From assembly GCA_964016885.1 (NCBI GenBank), contig OZ024742.1:133052001-133116000 (forward strand): 64,000 nucleotides of DNA, in the 5' to 3' direction. Shown piece after piece: positions 28,509-42,664 of this stretch. Position 1 is the stretch's first letter, and each line of letters opens with the position of its first letter. The position numbers and the translations under genes were made by a program. The notes beneath the pieces are model-generated. The model made no database searches, was not told the DNA's origin, and was given only the letters and a program-made list of their open reading frames with translations. Source of the DNA: Eledone cirrhosa (lineage: Eukaryota).

Positions 28509-28974
28509 AATTAATAATATTATCTGTTTTGAAAAGCAATTTTTTTATCGTGTGTCTACATGTGAAAAATAATAAAACCACGTGATTTAATCTCTTTGAA
28601 TCATATTATTTCATTTCATCCCCTCATATTATGTCTAAGAAAGCATCATTCACGTATTTGTATAATATATTCTTCGAAAATGATGAAATTAAATGATCAC
28701 CAAATTAATATCCTCCAATGCTACCATTTCGTTAAAATAAATAATTATATATATATGTACCTTGTGGTTCTGAGATGATAGCAAAGACACTGTAATTGCT
28801 GGATGTGAAAATTCATTGGTTGAACAATTTTAAGAATTTGTCTTATATTCTAATGTTTAAGGAAATTAAGGAAGAATTTGAAGAAAATTTAGTAACGAAG
28901 TACAGCTTTCCTTATAAAGAAGGCTTTATGTGTCAATAAATATGGACATTATGAAGCGAGACATTTTGAATCTA

Positions 28975-29088
<114 letters not shown>

Positions 29089-29196
29089 GAATAGAATGAA
29101 ACGAAATTTCATTTCTCACTCTTAGTACGGCACTTACTTAAATGTAAGTATGTATGTATACGTACATACATATATGTATACAGACGTACAGTAGCA

Positions 29197-29234
<38 letters not shown>

Positions 29235-29385
29235 TACAGGCACACATATATATATGTACGTATCAGTTTAGCGAACATTTATTATAATGCTCACTTTGTC
29301 CGTTTGTAAACAAACGGACAGCCTGATTTATGCCGTACGGTGTTAAGGCAACAACGTCACCTTTTTGTTCAACACTGACACAGGA

Positions 29386-29428
29386 ACGATGTACTAGTTT
29401 CAAGCTTGTTAGCTATCGTCAGCACCGT
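29386..29428 (-). ncRNA. R1 type I hammerhead (GUA)
   Basis: Reverse complement reads acggtg-CTGACGA-t agct aaca agct t-GAAAC-ta-GTA|catcgt. Confidence 0.85.
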
Positions 29429-29571
29429 ATACCCTTCTGCCAGATGGTTAGTTGAACGTTCGAAAGTATATACTTTCCTTATGAAAATTAATCACTCTTA
29501 GTACGGACAAAGCGAGCATTATAATAAATGTTTGCTAAACTGATACGTACATATATATATGTGTGCCTGTA

Positions 29572-29635
<64 letters not shown>

Positions 29636-29874
29636 TGCTACTGTACGTCTGTATACATATATGTATGTACGTATAGATACATACTTACATATAAGTAAGT
29701 GCCGTATTAAGAGTGAGAAATGAAATTTCGTTTCATTCTATTCTATTCCATTTATCGTTTTCGGTGCGCCTGGCCGACTGAACTCACTCCATATGCAAAT
29801 TAAGCTGCTCAGCCGTTAATTTTCATAAGGAAAGTATATACTTTTGAAAGTTCAACCATCTGGCAGAAGGGTAT

Positions 29875-29917
29875 ACGGTGCTGACGATAGCGAACAAGCT
29901 TGAAACTAGTACATCGT
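29875..29917 (+). ncRNA. R1 type I hammerhead (GUA)
   Basis: acggtg-CTGACGA-t agc gaacaa gct t-GAAAC-ta-GTA|catcgt. Stem I extends through an internal loop (ctggca/tgtcag). Confidence 0.85.
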
Positions 29918-30201
29918 TCCTGTGTCAGTGTTGAACAAAAAGGTGACGTGGTTGCCTTAACACCGTACGGCATAAATCAGGCTGTCCGTTTGTTTCCAAC
30001 GGACAAAGCGAGCATTATAATAAATGTTCGCTAAACTGATACGTACATATAGATATGTGTGCCTGTATGCATATATATATATATATTTATATATATATAT
30101 ATATATATGCAAGCTACTGTACGTCTGTATACATATATGTATGTACGTATACATACATACTTACATTTATATATATATATATAGAGAGTTTTAATATAGA
30201 T

Positions 30202-30252
30202 GAGATTCTACAGGACTAGAACTGTTTCATTCTTTAGAAATCATCAGGAATC
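30202..30252 (-). ncRNA. Type I hammerhead ribozyme (GUA)
   Basis: Reverse complement reads gattc-CTGATGA-t ttc taaa gaa t-GAAAC-ag ttctagtc ct-GTA|gaatc. An inverted 5' stub gagattcctgatgatttcta follows at 30255-30274. Confidence 0.8.
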
Positions 30253-30267
30253 AGGAGATTCCTGATG

Positions 30268-30308
<41 letters not shown>

Positions 30309-30352
30309 AGGGGTGGTGCTCCAGTATGGCTGCAACAGGTAAAAGGGTAAAA

Positions 30353-30410
<58 letters not shown>

Positions 30411-31086
30411 TATATATATGTATGTATGTCTGTGTGTGTGTGTGTGTGTGTGTCTGGGTATATGATAAATATCATGATAGGTCTATTTTTCTCAATTTAT
30501 CCTTTTGTTTGGGTTCTGTGAACCATACTATTTTAGTCAATATTTTCTTTACCCTGGTTGTCTCTGTCCATTGTGATTTGAACACATATAGCTATATTTC
30601 TGTGTTCGTCTCTCCTTACAGTATTATAAGGCTCGGAACATTTTTTCTCCTTGAGCTATTTTGATTATAGTGCACTATTTTTAGTTTTTAACTCAATATA
30701 TATACGTTTGATATATATAAAAAAATGTGTAAACTCCTTGGTACAGCTAGGTATATTTAAAAAAGGGAAAACAATGACTTGATAACCGCTGATCAGCGAG
30801 AAACGCGTCGGTTATTCCCCTTTATATTTGCTGAGGCTGGGTATATGACTATAGTCACTACTTTAAACTCATAGCAAGAGGCCTTCAAAATGTTTTTTGA
30901 ATAAACATACAGTATATTATCAAATATACAATACGTACATATATATATATAAATGTTTCTCCACTAGATCTGCAAAACCAAATTGTAAAATAATTAATAT
31001 TATAAAATTAAATTCTTTTGAGCAAAAAGTGAAGTCATTATTTTCCTTTTTTCATATATATATATATATATTTGCTGTTCACTTTC

Positions 31087-31186
<100 letters not shown>

Positions 31187-31402
31187 TATATAGCAATAAG
31201 TATAACCCCGACAGCTGTGCTCAAGCCTTTCGCCGGCTATCTCAGTCCAGGAATAGCCGTCGAAACGGCTTGAGCTCTGCCGGCGGGGTCATACTTGTTC
31301 CCATTGCCCACTCTACTACCCTAAGTATTGAGTACGTTGGTGCGTTAGGGTCCATCTGGTTCCTTACCACAATTCCTTCGTTATATATATATATATATAT
31401 AT

Positions 31403-31732
31403 AAATGGAAAAAATGAAATTTCGTTTCTCACTCTTAGTACGGCTGCTACTTAAATATAAGTATGTATACGTACATACTTATATCTATACAGACGTACAG
31501 TAGTATGTATATACATACATACATGCACACATATATATATGTATGGGTTTACTGAACATTTATTATAATGCTCGGTTTGTTAATAATTCGGGCTGTTTTT
31601 TTTACAAACAAACCGAACATTATAATAAATGTTCGATAAACCCATACATACATAAATATATGCGTGCATGTATGTATGTATACACAATATTGTACGTCGG
31701 GATACATATATGTATGTACGTATACATACTTA

Positions 31733-31736
<4 letters not shown>
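31403..31736. repeat. R1 fragments in inverted arrangement, HHR segment absent
   Basis: Minus-strand piece at 31403-31581, then plus-strand piece at 31584-31736. Confidence 0.8.
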
Positions 31737-31827
<91 letters not shown>

Positions 31828-31944
31828 TAATAAGAGGAATTCCAACTTTGTCTGATTTACTCGTTTTATTTACAATCCTTTAAAATATATATAATGGTAT
31901 TATAATGAAATAGTATGATATAATATTCAATTCTAAGTGTTAAT

Positions 31945-31983
31945 TGAACAAGTACTTTCATGCTTTCGCAATCTTCAGGTTCA
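31945..31983 (-). ncRNA. Minimal type I hammerhead (CUU)
   Basis: Identical mirror of 32057-32095. Confidence 0.8.
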
Positions 31984-32056
31984 TGATATGTGGTGATAGT
32001 CGAGTTTGCAATTTTCAACTGTTGAAAATTGCAAACTCGACTGTCACCGCATATCA

Positions 32057-32095
32057 TGAACCTGAAGATTGCGAAAGCATGAAAGTACTTGTTCA
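32057..32095 (+). ncRNA. Minimal type I hammerhead (CUU)
   Basis: tgaac-CTGAAGA-t tgc gaaa gca t-GAAA-gta-CTT|gttca. GNRA loop 2 and palindromic stem III AGTACT. Confidence 0.8.
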
Positions 32096-32364
32096 ATTAA
32101 CACTTAGATTTTAATATTCTATCATACTATTTCATTATAATACCATTATATATATTTTAAAGGATTGTAAATAAAACGAGTAAATCAGACAAAGTTGGAA
32201 TTCCTCTTATTAATATAATCTTCTATACACAATCATACACACCCGTGTATATTTACCTATCTATATCTATCTATATATATATATATATATAGTAGAATAA
32301 TCGAGTATCGAAAAATCGGCGCACGAGTTCACGATAAACAAAATTCGAGATGAGCGGCAGAGGG

Positions 32365-32418
<54 letters not shown>

Positions 32419-33290
32419 TGGTAGTATATTCCAACATGGATAGACTGTCGAAAATAAGACAATAAATTGTGTTTCGTTACGGTAATTCACAATAAATTTC
32501 GATTTTCATTTACTCTATATCTAATGGAATACAGGGTTGATTGCCTTGTGTAAAATCTGCCACAATAGAAAGTCTACGCAAACAATCTAAGCTTTTGCTC
32601 TTTTACAAGGTTTTCTGAAACTGGGACATCTATTAATCTGTGAACACAGATATAAATATATCATATTACAACCATATATCGCATTTAAATGCAGAAAGAA
32701 ATATCTTCACCACCTGATAATGTTCAATGAAGCTACATCTATGAATTTACGGGTACATTATGAAATATATAATTATCAAGTGATGCAGTTATGTCTTTTT
32801 ATAATGTAATGCGATACTTGCTTGTAATATGACGAAATATTTATATCTACATCGATAAATTGATATATATATATATATATATCAGATTCATAAGGTTTTA
32901 TGAAATTATTCTAATATATATAAATCCTCACAAGTTATATATGTTTCTTCCTTAAAATGCAACCAGTAGATAGTATCAACAATGAATATTGATAGTATCA
33001 ACAATGAATATTGATTCCTTGGTCCGCCTTGACAGAAAATGAGGTGTGGGATCAGTTCAATATATGAGGAGGGATAGCAGAACAAACAAAAATGGAGTCT
33101 TTGCAGAATCGAAAGTATCACAAAACCCAAGAAGCAAAAAGTAAAGCAGTTCAAATAGTAAGAAGAGTTAGGTAAAATGGAAACAAAATCACAAGAACAA
33201 TGAATAAACCCGATTGGGTAAAGACAGGACGGAGGAACATAACGAAGTTAATAATATGCAACATTGTAAGAATAACAGGCACAACCTTAA

Positions 33291-33508
33291 CCCTTTAGCA
33301 TTTATATTACTCTATATTTACTATTGTATTTTCACGGTAAAGGCTCACATAAATATCTTACATGATATCAAATCTACAAGATTATTATATTATTTATTAT
33401 TTTGAGAACAATAGCTTACCATAGGTATGAGCAGCCAGTTATGGCCAATTTGAATATAAAGAGGTGAGATAACTCTGGCCGGATATGGCCGGTTTAAATG
33501 TTAAAGGG
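33291..33508. mobile_element. piggyBac-type MITE
   Basis: TTAA-ccctttagcattta...taaatgttaaaggg-TTAA: 14-bp TIR with one mismatch and a TTAA TSD. Confidence 0.85.
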
Positions 33509-34131
33509 TTAAACATGAAAAAAATAGGATACCTTAAAAGAACATGGAAGATATACATGTAAAATAATTTGTTGATACATAAAGCAGAAGAGCTATAAAT
33601 ATTATGTATTATCAAAAAATGACAAATGTAAGCACCAAAAGTTTGAAATAGAAAATAATAAATGAAAAATAAATGAAATATAAATGAAATGATATTCAAT
33701 GTCGCAATGGCGCTATTGTCCATTATTACGATACCACACTGGTTAAAATTAGTAAAACCAAAATAAAATAAAAGTGATAAATCATATTATCCAAATAAGG
33801 ACTAGAGTTAATTTTAGAAAGTTACAGAATGGAAATTGAAATTTAAAAAAATCTCTAATTTTCTCGGAAATGTCTGAAAATGGTTTGTACATATATTAAA
33901 ATAAGCATTTTGTAAGAGTTGGAAATAAATTACATAATTTAAAATAGTTCACTTCGGCATATGGTGTGAGTGATTAATTGATTTTCAACGACTCTAAGAC
34001 TGCAGTTATTCTCAATTTAATAGCCCAGAAAAAGTGAAAAAGAAACTATTGTAAAACAATGAATTTGAAATAGCGGATATGAATGTATATACATATATGT
34101 ATAGATGTATATATATATATATACACACACA

Positions 34132-34231
<100 letters not shown>

Positions 34232-34552
34232 GAGCGAGAAAGAGAGAGACTTAAGTTGGATGTTTTAAGTTATAGATTTAAATGCGTTTCTAATCCAGTC
34301 ATTCCGATGAAAAAATATTGATGCATTAAGCAAAAGTACTCGTCGTATACGTATCTTCCATCATAGATGTGATATCTTGTTGATGGTAGTTTGCTGCAAC
34401 ACAGTAGATATTGCTAGAATGAGATATGTATGTACACTTCAGTTGATGACATCATGGCCTGATGATGTAAGTTTGCTTCAGAAATGCGTATTATGTAACT
34501 TGCAGCATTAAACAAATTATTCCAATCCGGCCTTATTGTATTTTCATTGAAG

Positions 34553-34598
<46 letters not shown>

Positions 34599-35480
34599 AG
34601 TGTGTGTGTGTGTAGAAAAAACGGGAAGTGGAAATAATTGTCAGCCATCAAATAAAAATTATAATAAAAAAAGGGAATATAAAAACGTCTATCACACATG
34701 AGTGAGCGAATTTATACTTTAATACAAGGGGCGGGGGATAAATTAGGCTGAGACTAGAGTAAGAAAATTAAATGTGTACGCTTCTTTGCTCCATCCTCTT
34801 TCGTCTTGAGGCTCAGTTTTACGATAATAGTTGCTGGTCGTTGGAGAGAAGTTTTATTTAAATAGATTATATATATGTGTGCTTCCCTCTGTGGACCTTT
34901 TTCATGGAAATGTCTCCTTCACAATTTCGATGTCGATGATTTAAGCCCCCTCCCAGGTTCAAGGGATTAGCGTTAGAGCCAGTCTGTTGGCCCTGTAGTG
35001 TCTAATCCAACTATGGGCGAACTGAGTTCAAATCTCACTTCATTGTGACATTGTCAACAAAGAATGGAGGAGTGCGAACAGATACCTTTTCGTCAAATGA
35101 TCCCCCACGTGCTGGCCTCCCCACCACCCCGGCGGACATGAGGACGTTTCCCCGGAGGATGGTAAGGGAGATGCGCATGATTTTACATCGTCAAACGTAT
35201 TGTCTCAAATGTAACGTTGCCAGTAAACAATCTGCAACATAGATTTTTTTCTGAGGAACAACTTTTTATACAACAAATATTCGAATTGAAAGGCGGTGAT
35301 GTATATTTCACCAGTGACGGCGAGTCCACGCAACGGATAGACATTTGTTATGAATTAATCATGGAATTAATGAGAAATTAGTCAGAATCTATTTACTGAC
35401 AAAGTTTAAGCTGAGAAAAACAAGATTCTGATGGATAATAAAAAATAAAGTAATCAATGCCATATTTTGTAGATGTAAAG

Positions 35481-35585
<105 letters not shown>

Positions 35586-35589
35586 GATA

Positions 35590-36088
35590 ATTGGATACAT
35601 GAGAGGGATGAACACATATATAACTATACATGTGTTCCAATTGCAAATGACCAAGTTTGCTAGGTTGAAAAATACTAATTTATAACTATATGGTGTGCCT
35701 GGCTCGATTTAAAATAATAAATAAATAAAAATAACAAACATGTATCGGGCCTAGATACCTGGACAGACATAATTCTGTTTTGCAAGGATTATTAAGTGTA
35801 AGCTAGAATTCCTGTGCTCTTCTGCGGGTATCCAGGAAAATTCGAACCTTTCACTTCAAAGGATCTGAGAAGACTGAACGACGCACGGGTATAAACGCAC
35901 ATGTTACAGGACCTAACGCGTCCCATACTGATAGCGCTAAAAATAGCAGCTGGGTTTATGTGACTAAAGTTAGCTCTACATACATACGGATCCGAGAATA
36001 TCATAGCTTGAGTTATAAACTCAAAATAGTCTTTTACAATTAAATTTAAGTTTAATTGTAAAAGACTATTTTGAGTTTCTAACTCAAT

Positions 36089-36095
<7 letters not shown>
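35590..36095. repeat. Rearranged interspersed repeat (relatives at 26355-26655 and about 30480-30700), ending in a palindrome at 36000-36095
   Basis: 35595-35730 is the reverse complement of about 26435-26570. 35750-35822 matches 26360-26435 in forward orientation. Confidence 0.7.
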
Positions 36096-36173
<78 letters not shown>

Positions 36174-36176
36174 ATA

Positions 36177-36221
<45 letters not shown>

Positions 36222-36278
36222 ATATATATATATGTATGTATATATATATATATATATATTTTTATATATATATATATG

Positions 36279-36583
<305 letters not shown>

Positions 36584-36604
36584 ATGTATATATATATATA
36601 TGTG

Positions 36605-36685
<81 letters not shown>

Positions 36686-36740
36686 ATATGTATATATATA
36701 TATATAGGTAACTCAGGAGGAATTAGAAGAAGCCAAAAGA

Positions 36741-37920
36741 ATGATAAAGAAAGATGGGTACAGGGTCAGCCTCACCACCCCACCTAATAAAATGGAGCAT
36801 CGTCCCCTATGCCCCGTGTCTTATCGGACAATTAACATAAAATCGCGCCGAGTGGAACGGGCATCCGAGTCCCAAATCCAAAAAACTTTGGGACATGTGT
36901 GGGCAAATAAAAAACCCACATCAGAGGTGGGCAGAAATATGGGACCGTGGACGTGTTCTTTGAAACACCACAGGAAGCCAGAAAACACTCCATGGCCCCA
37001 TTAAGAAGTGACGACTTCACACTCGTCCCAAGCTATTGTGGCAAGAGACTTGTGAAGATCAGGGTGACACACTTTCCACCGGCCATCGAAATTCCCTGGC
37101 TAATGTCTGCCGTCCTCGCCGGCATCGAGGCCAACACCATGATAATAGAAATAGCGAACGAAAAGCAGGAGAACCGGTCCGGACCTGGGATGGAGCTCCT
37201 GATCCAAGCGAACTATAAGAGCATTGAGGAGATCCCAGAGGTAATAGACCTGACTGACCGCAGCCACCTCATCGTAATCGTCGAGGACTAAAGAGTTATG
37301 TGTGTCGTTTGTGGCGAAGGAACCGACCTAACGGCTTTCTGCCCTCAGGCTAAAAGGTTGAGGCCACCTCTCTTACCCACTCCAGTGACTCAACCATTAA
37401 CACCATCAGCAGCATAAATGGCAGCAACGACTGTAGCAGCAAAAACAGAAGCAACTGTAACAGCAACAACCCCAGCAACAGTAGCAAAACCAACACCACC
37501 ACCACCCAACGCGCCAGAACTAGCACCAGAGCCCACACAATCCACAACGCCACAACCAAAACCAACTCCTGTGGAGGATTTTCCACTCCCCGGCTTATCG
37601 TAACTGGAGACAGATTGTGACGACGAGGAGTCGGAAGCGGTATCACGAAAAAAGAAAAAAAGGAACCAAAAAATAAAAAAAATTCTCTTCCTTCCCCCTC
37701 CAAAAACAAAATACAGAGGAAACAAATAAATTATCAAACAAAAAAGTTAGGACAGATATTCCACCATCCACACCAGCATCATCAACCCCATCACCACAAA
37801 CACCAACACCATCACCATCATTAACCCCAACACCACCATCACCAACACCACAAAAGTCACCAAAAAGCGTAACAGAAACAAACCCACAACAAACGCAAAC
37901 AAAACAAATCAACCAAAACG
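36741..37920 (+). pseudogene. ORF1 (gag-like), disrupted
   Basis: LVPSYCGKRLVKIRVTHFPP..IPEVIDL..LIVIVE, then degenerate knuckle CVVCGEGTDLTAFC and a Pro/Thr-rich tail. Contains stops and frameshifts. Confidence 0.7.
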
Positions 37921-37956
37921 ATACACACTACACAGCATTAAATTTGAACAACAACG

Positions 37957-38136
37957 GTGGATTGGCAGTATCGGTAGAGGGTCGGACGCCATGCTTTCCA
38001 GCATAGTTACGTCCCTTTACGATCTGAGTTCAAATCCCGCCGAGGTTGACTTTGCCTTTCATCCTTACGGGGTCGATAAAATAAAGTACCAGTAATGCAC
38101 TGGGTAATTGCTGGCCTTGTGCCTAAAGTAGAAACA
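37957..38136 (+). mobile_element. Family A SINE nested in the Tx1 element
   Basis: 20-bp TSD attaaatttgaacaacaacg at 37937-37956 and 38137-38156. Confidence 0.95.
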
Positions 38137-38453
38137 ATTAAATTTGAACAACAACGAATGATTACACTACATGCAACACTACACCATCATCACAGATAAA
38201 GACTACACAACAAACCAAAAGTTCACACCACCTCCACACATAAATATCACTCGCATCACACAGAAAATGTACACGACACTAAAATAAAATTCCCCAAAGA
38301 CATCGGAGACTTCCGGCAAACCCTCTCCAGGAGGATTTATAAGGACATCCTTCCGGAGGAGGCCACAAGCAGTGAAAAGGATGGACAAACCATCCTTCCT
38401 CAACGAGAAGTAAGGTGAGTGGTCTTTCCAACCTTTTTCCATTCCATTTCAAC

Positions 38454-41400
38454 ATGACCTCACTCAGGATAGGCAGCATAAATGCACGTGGCTTGGGGTC
38501 GTCATGGAAGCAGGGCCACCTGATCAAAGACCTCAAGTCACTAAACATAGATGTAGTGGCCATCAGCGAGACCAGAATCTCCGAAGCACGAGCCTTCGCA
38601 CCGATCTTCGGCGGCTACGATGTGTACGCATCTTCCAGCCGTCCTGGATCGGGGGAGTGGTTGCTGTGCTTTTTCGGAGAGGTTTGGATCGCGCCATACG
38701 GGCCATCTTCCTTGACCCAGAAGGTAAGTTGGTGGTGCTGATCGTGACCAATGGAGACGGGCAGGTTTTCAGGCTAGTGGCCGTCTATGCCCCGACAGGA
38801 GCAGGGCGGCCTGATTTATTCCGGCGTCTGGAGACCTCTCTTCGAACGTTCATCTCTTTAGTGTTAGTGGGCGACTGGAACGGGAACTTAGATGCACGCT
38901 GGGATGTGTGGGATTAGCGGATGGAGGAGGAGGGTGCAAGAGCCTCACCAACCTACTCAGGCGTTTTGAACTGTCTGACAGGTACCGATTGAATCTCCCG
39001 TATGTGCCAATGTGGACTTGGACAAATCGTTAGGGTCATCCAGATCATATCTAGATAGAGTATTTTGTAGCGAAATAGATAGGTCTAGCCTAGGCTGTCC
39101 ACAATTCAAGATAGTCAACTACACGGACCACAAATTCGTGATCTGTGTGCTTGACTTAGATAGGCTTTATAGACGAGGACCCGGCAATTGGAAGCTAAAC
39201 GCGTTCTTACCAGCGCGCAACGCCTACAGAGACAGGATTAGCGAACTAATTAAGCGGGCGTTGACGGGGGCCGTCGTCTACAACAAGTGGTGGTTTGTTC
39301 TCAAAAGAGCAATTAGAATAGAGCCCATTAGGTTTAGTAAGGCTTTAGCAATAGAGAAAAATAGAGCAGAGGGGGAACTAGTTAGAAAATTAGACGAGGC
39401 GCTTAGCAAAGGCATCGTGACCGACGTACTTTACGGCGAAATTGGCCCTTGACTAATTATTCAATGAAAATCACGAAGGCTGCGTTGTCAGAGCTAGCGT
39501 GCGTGCTCTCAGACACGAGGGGACGAAAGCCGTTCAGTGGGCCTGAATGGCGGAGGCGCGTCGTGGCAACAAAGCCACGATCCGGTCTTTGGTGGACCAC
39601 GACGGGCGCATGGTACTCGATCCCGGGCAAATGTGTGAAGCTTTTCAGCGACACTTCGCACAGCTGTTCGGGGGCAGCGGTGGGCTGGATCGAGGGATGG
39701 ACTTTAGTGTCTGGCTCGACGGACTGCCGCGCCTCTCGGCCACTGAGGCGGAATGCTGATAACAGCCGCTGAAGTACGGGAGGCAATGACTGGCTGCACA
39801 AGGGGTAAATCGCCTGGTTTGGATGGTCTGCCCTATGAACTTTACGTACAGATGCCAGACTTGTTCGGATGCCTCTTGGCGGACGTCTACTGCAACTAGC
39901 AACAGAACGGGAGAATACCCAGCTCTGTGAACCGAGGAGCTGTGGCGCTGCTGTGAAAGCATCCGAACAATGGGGATAACATAGAAAATGTCAGGCCCAT
40001 AACTCTGCTAAACACAGAGTTCAAGATTTTGGTCTAGGCGCTAGCAAAGAGGTTGGCGCTTGTCGTTGGTGGTCTGGTGGGAGAGGCGCAGACGTGCGCC
40101 ACTCCCGACAGATCCATCCACGACAACCTCCACCTCATGCGATACATCGTAGAGAGGGTGGCTAGGGAACCTGGCATGGGTGGGTCCTTGATCAATTTAG
40201 ATCTGTCGAAAATGTTCGATAACTTTGACCATCGTTACCTAGCAGCAGTCCTGAGGGCGGCTGGCTTTGGGCCAGTCTTCAGAGGCTGGATCGCTGCCAT
40301 GCAGAGCGACATCTGCTCTGTGGTGAGAGTGAAACATTATGCGCTCGGTCCGCCAAGGATGTCCCCTCTCGTCCCTCTTGTACGTATTGACTCTCGAGCC
40401 ATTACTGCACAAACTGGAGACGTTGAGGGGGGTCCCGCGGGAACTATGATGTGGAAGATCCGTGTCAGCATATGCGGACGATGTCACAGTAGTGGTGTCG
40501 AACGCCAATCACATCGAGGCGATCGGCACTACACTAAGTGAATACGAAGCGGTGACAGGAGCAAAAGTCAGCGGGCCTGTAGCTCGGCACCTGGAAAGGC
40601 AGGTCCATGCCGTCCGACAGCGTCGTCGGGCGCTGGACGGACGGACCGGTTAAATTGCTCGGGGTCTGGTTCGGTCCGCACCTCCAGCCGGACAAAAACT
40701 GGGACGAGTTGACGAGCAGAGTGGCTTCTCTCACCCAGAAATGGGCGTAGATGAAGCTATCCCTGAAAGGTCGCGCGGAGGTGGCGTCCGTCATCTACTA
40801 CCGCCTGACCGTCGTACCTTGCCCTAAGCCGCGTCTGACTGCGCTAGAGCGTTTGCTCTTTCGCTTTTTGTGGAAGGGACGCGCTACGATGGTCAGGCGG
40901 TCCATCTGCTGTCAACACCCGCTACGTGGAGGGCTGGGCATGCCGTGGCTGATGATGCGCAGACACACGCTCAGGCTACGACACTCCACTTCTTCCTGGA
41001 CGGTGATCAGGTGTGGTCGCCGTTTACTAGACACCTCTTTCCCCAGCTCGTCTCCTTGACGGAGTTGCAGTCCTGGGTCAAGCGAAGACCGAGAGGGAGC
41101 GCTTGGAGACTGGAATGTCTTCAGGCCCTCACAGCCCTCGACCAATCGGGCAACGTGATCGGTGGAAACTCCAGCTTGGCGTTCTATAGAGGATTAGTGG
41201 GGGGGGGGGAGAGCGACGACGTACTTGGAGAAACTCTAGGCGTCGACGAAAATCAACTAGTCAATCTCTTCGGAAGGACTTTCGGACCGGGGCCTATGGA
41301 CAACTTCCAGACATCCCTGGCCTGGCAGTGCTACCGAGGAGCTTTGCCAGTTGGGGATAAACTATAGAGGCATGGAGGTGCCGTCAACCGGGCATGTCCG

Positions 41401-41811
41401 ACATGCGCACAGGGAGATGAAACCGTCCTGGACGCACTCGTCCAGTGTCCGAGCATTGCTGACTTGTGGATTTATGTCGAACACCTGCTGTCACGTGTGG
41501 GACGGATCCAGCTATCAGCTGAGTCCATCGAGAGGATTGCCTCGCTCTCTTACATTAGCCGGGAAGGGCATGCAGTTTGAATCTGTCTAGTGGCCATGGC
41601 GAAAAAGATAGTATGGTGGACACGTTTGAAAGGGCTGAAAACGAGCACTTGCCTCTTCGGTGATGCCCTGATTAACTTTTTCAAATTGCATTTGAAAAGG
41701 AAAATCAGGGTAGAGAGGGAAGTGTTCTCTTCCCAGCATTTTGTTGAAAGATGGGTGAGAGAAGCAAGTATGGCCCGAGTGAATGGGCCTACTCTGAGTA
41801 TGTGTCTGTAA
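38454..41811 (+). pseudogene. ORF2 endonuclease/reverse transcriptase, frameshifted
   Basis: SINARGL, DVVAISET, VYAP, GDWN, SYLDRVF, TDH, WKLN, KSPGLDGLP, RPITLLNTEFKI, QGCPLSPLLY, AYADDV, RGGLGMP, CPTC..DET..C. Confidence 0.93.
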
Positions 41812-42664
41812 ATTAAAGGTGGAAAACTGGGAGAGGGCACTTGCCCTGGTGGTCAGGGTCACTGTGGCTTTTTAATGGGCTTTCTCCACGAATGTCCCTC
41901 GGACGTCTCCCCCCTATTGGGGAATTTTTTCATTGTTCTATTATTACATCCTCTGTTTTTGTTTTTTACACGCAGAAATGCCCATTTGTACCGTCCTGTA
42001 TTGTCCTGCACTGTCCTTAATGTCTACGTTATGTAAACCCTTGTGGTTACTAAAGAAATCATTATTATTATTATCATCATCATCATCATAACCAACATTG
42101 CACTTTCTAAGATTATATAATGCTAAAAGCTTCTGCACAAAATATCATATGCCCACTGCATTCGAGCGAAATCAATTAAGAAATGAGATTGTGTTCAGAC
42201 AAATTATAAACACACCATCGACATAGATAAGTATAAAAGTATAGTTGTTTGTTATATGCAGAAAAATTTGTGATAAATACATACATTAATTTTAAGAAAG
42301 AAATCTAGGAAAAATGCCAAAGAAAAAAACTTGCAAAAGATCTAAAATATGAGTAATTAAAATCGGAAAAAGAGAAAGATTCAAACAAGGGAAAATGAAA
42401 GTTAAATTTATATAAATTATATGACTGAATTATTATAGTGGAAAGGTTAAAAATCAACCAATTGTGTTGCGGTATCATAATGATGAAAAGAAGGGAATGT
42501 AAAATAGCAGAGGCATGAATCGTAATGATGTAATGAATGCAATTTTCGGAAGTAATTTTATAGATGGATAAAGAGTAAAACCGAAAATGATGACAGCAAA
42601 TATATATATATATATATATCTATATATATATATATATATGTATGTATATATATCTATATATATA

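Larger units (their letters stand above)
31822..32218. repeat. Near-perfect ~397-bp palindrome centred at 32020
   Basis: Centre ttttcaac-t-gttgaaaa, few mismatches along the arms. Confidence 0.97.
36707..42090 (+). mobile_element. Tx1/L1-clade non-LTR retrotransposon, near full length, decayed
   Basis: ORF1 remnant, then ORF2 with APE endonuclease, reverse transcriptase (RT) and a Cys-rich C-terminus. (ATT)n(ATC)n tail; the 5' flank is (TA)n. Confidence 0.92.

Noticed and set aside
30782-30815. ataaccg-CTGATCA-gcga-GAAACGCGTC-ggttat minimal HHR
   Set aside because: G8 is lost, there is no stem II and the stem I register is off by one. At best a decayed remnant.
35045-35242. GC-richer short ORF with a GTAAGG donor-like site
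   Set aside because: No recognisable domain or acceptor site.
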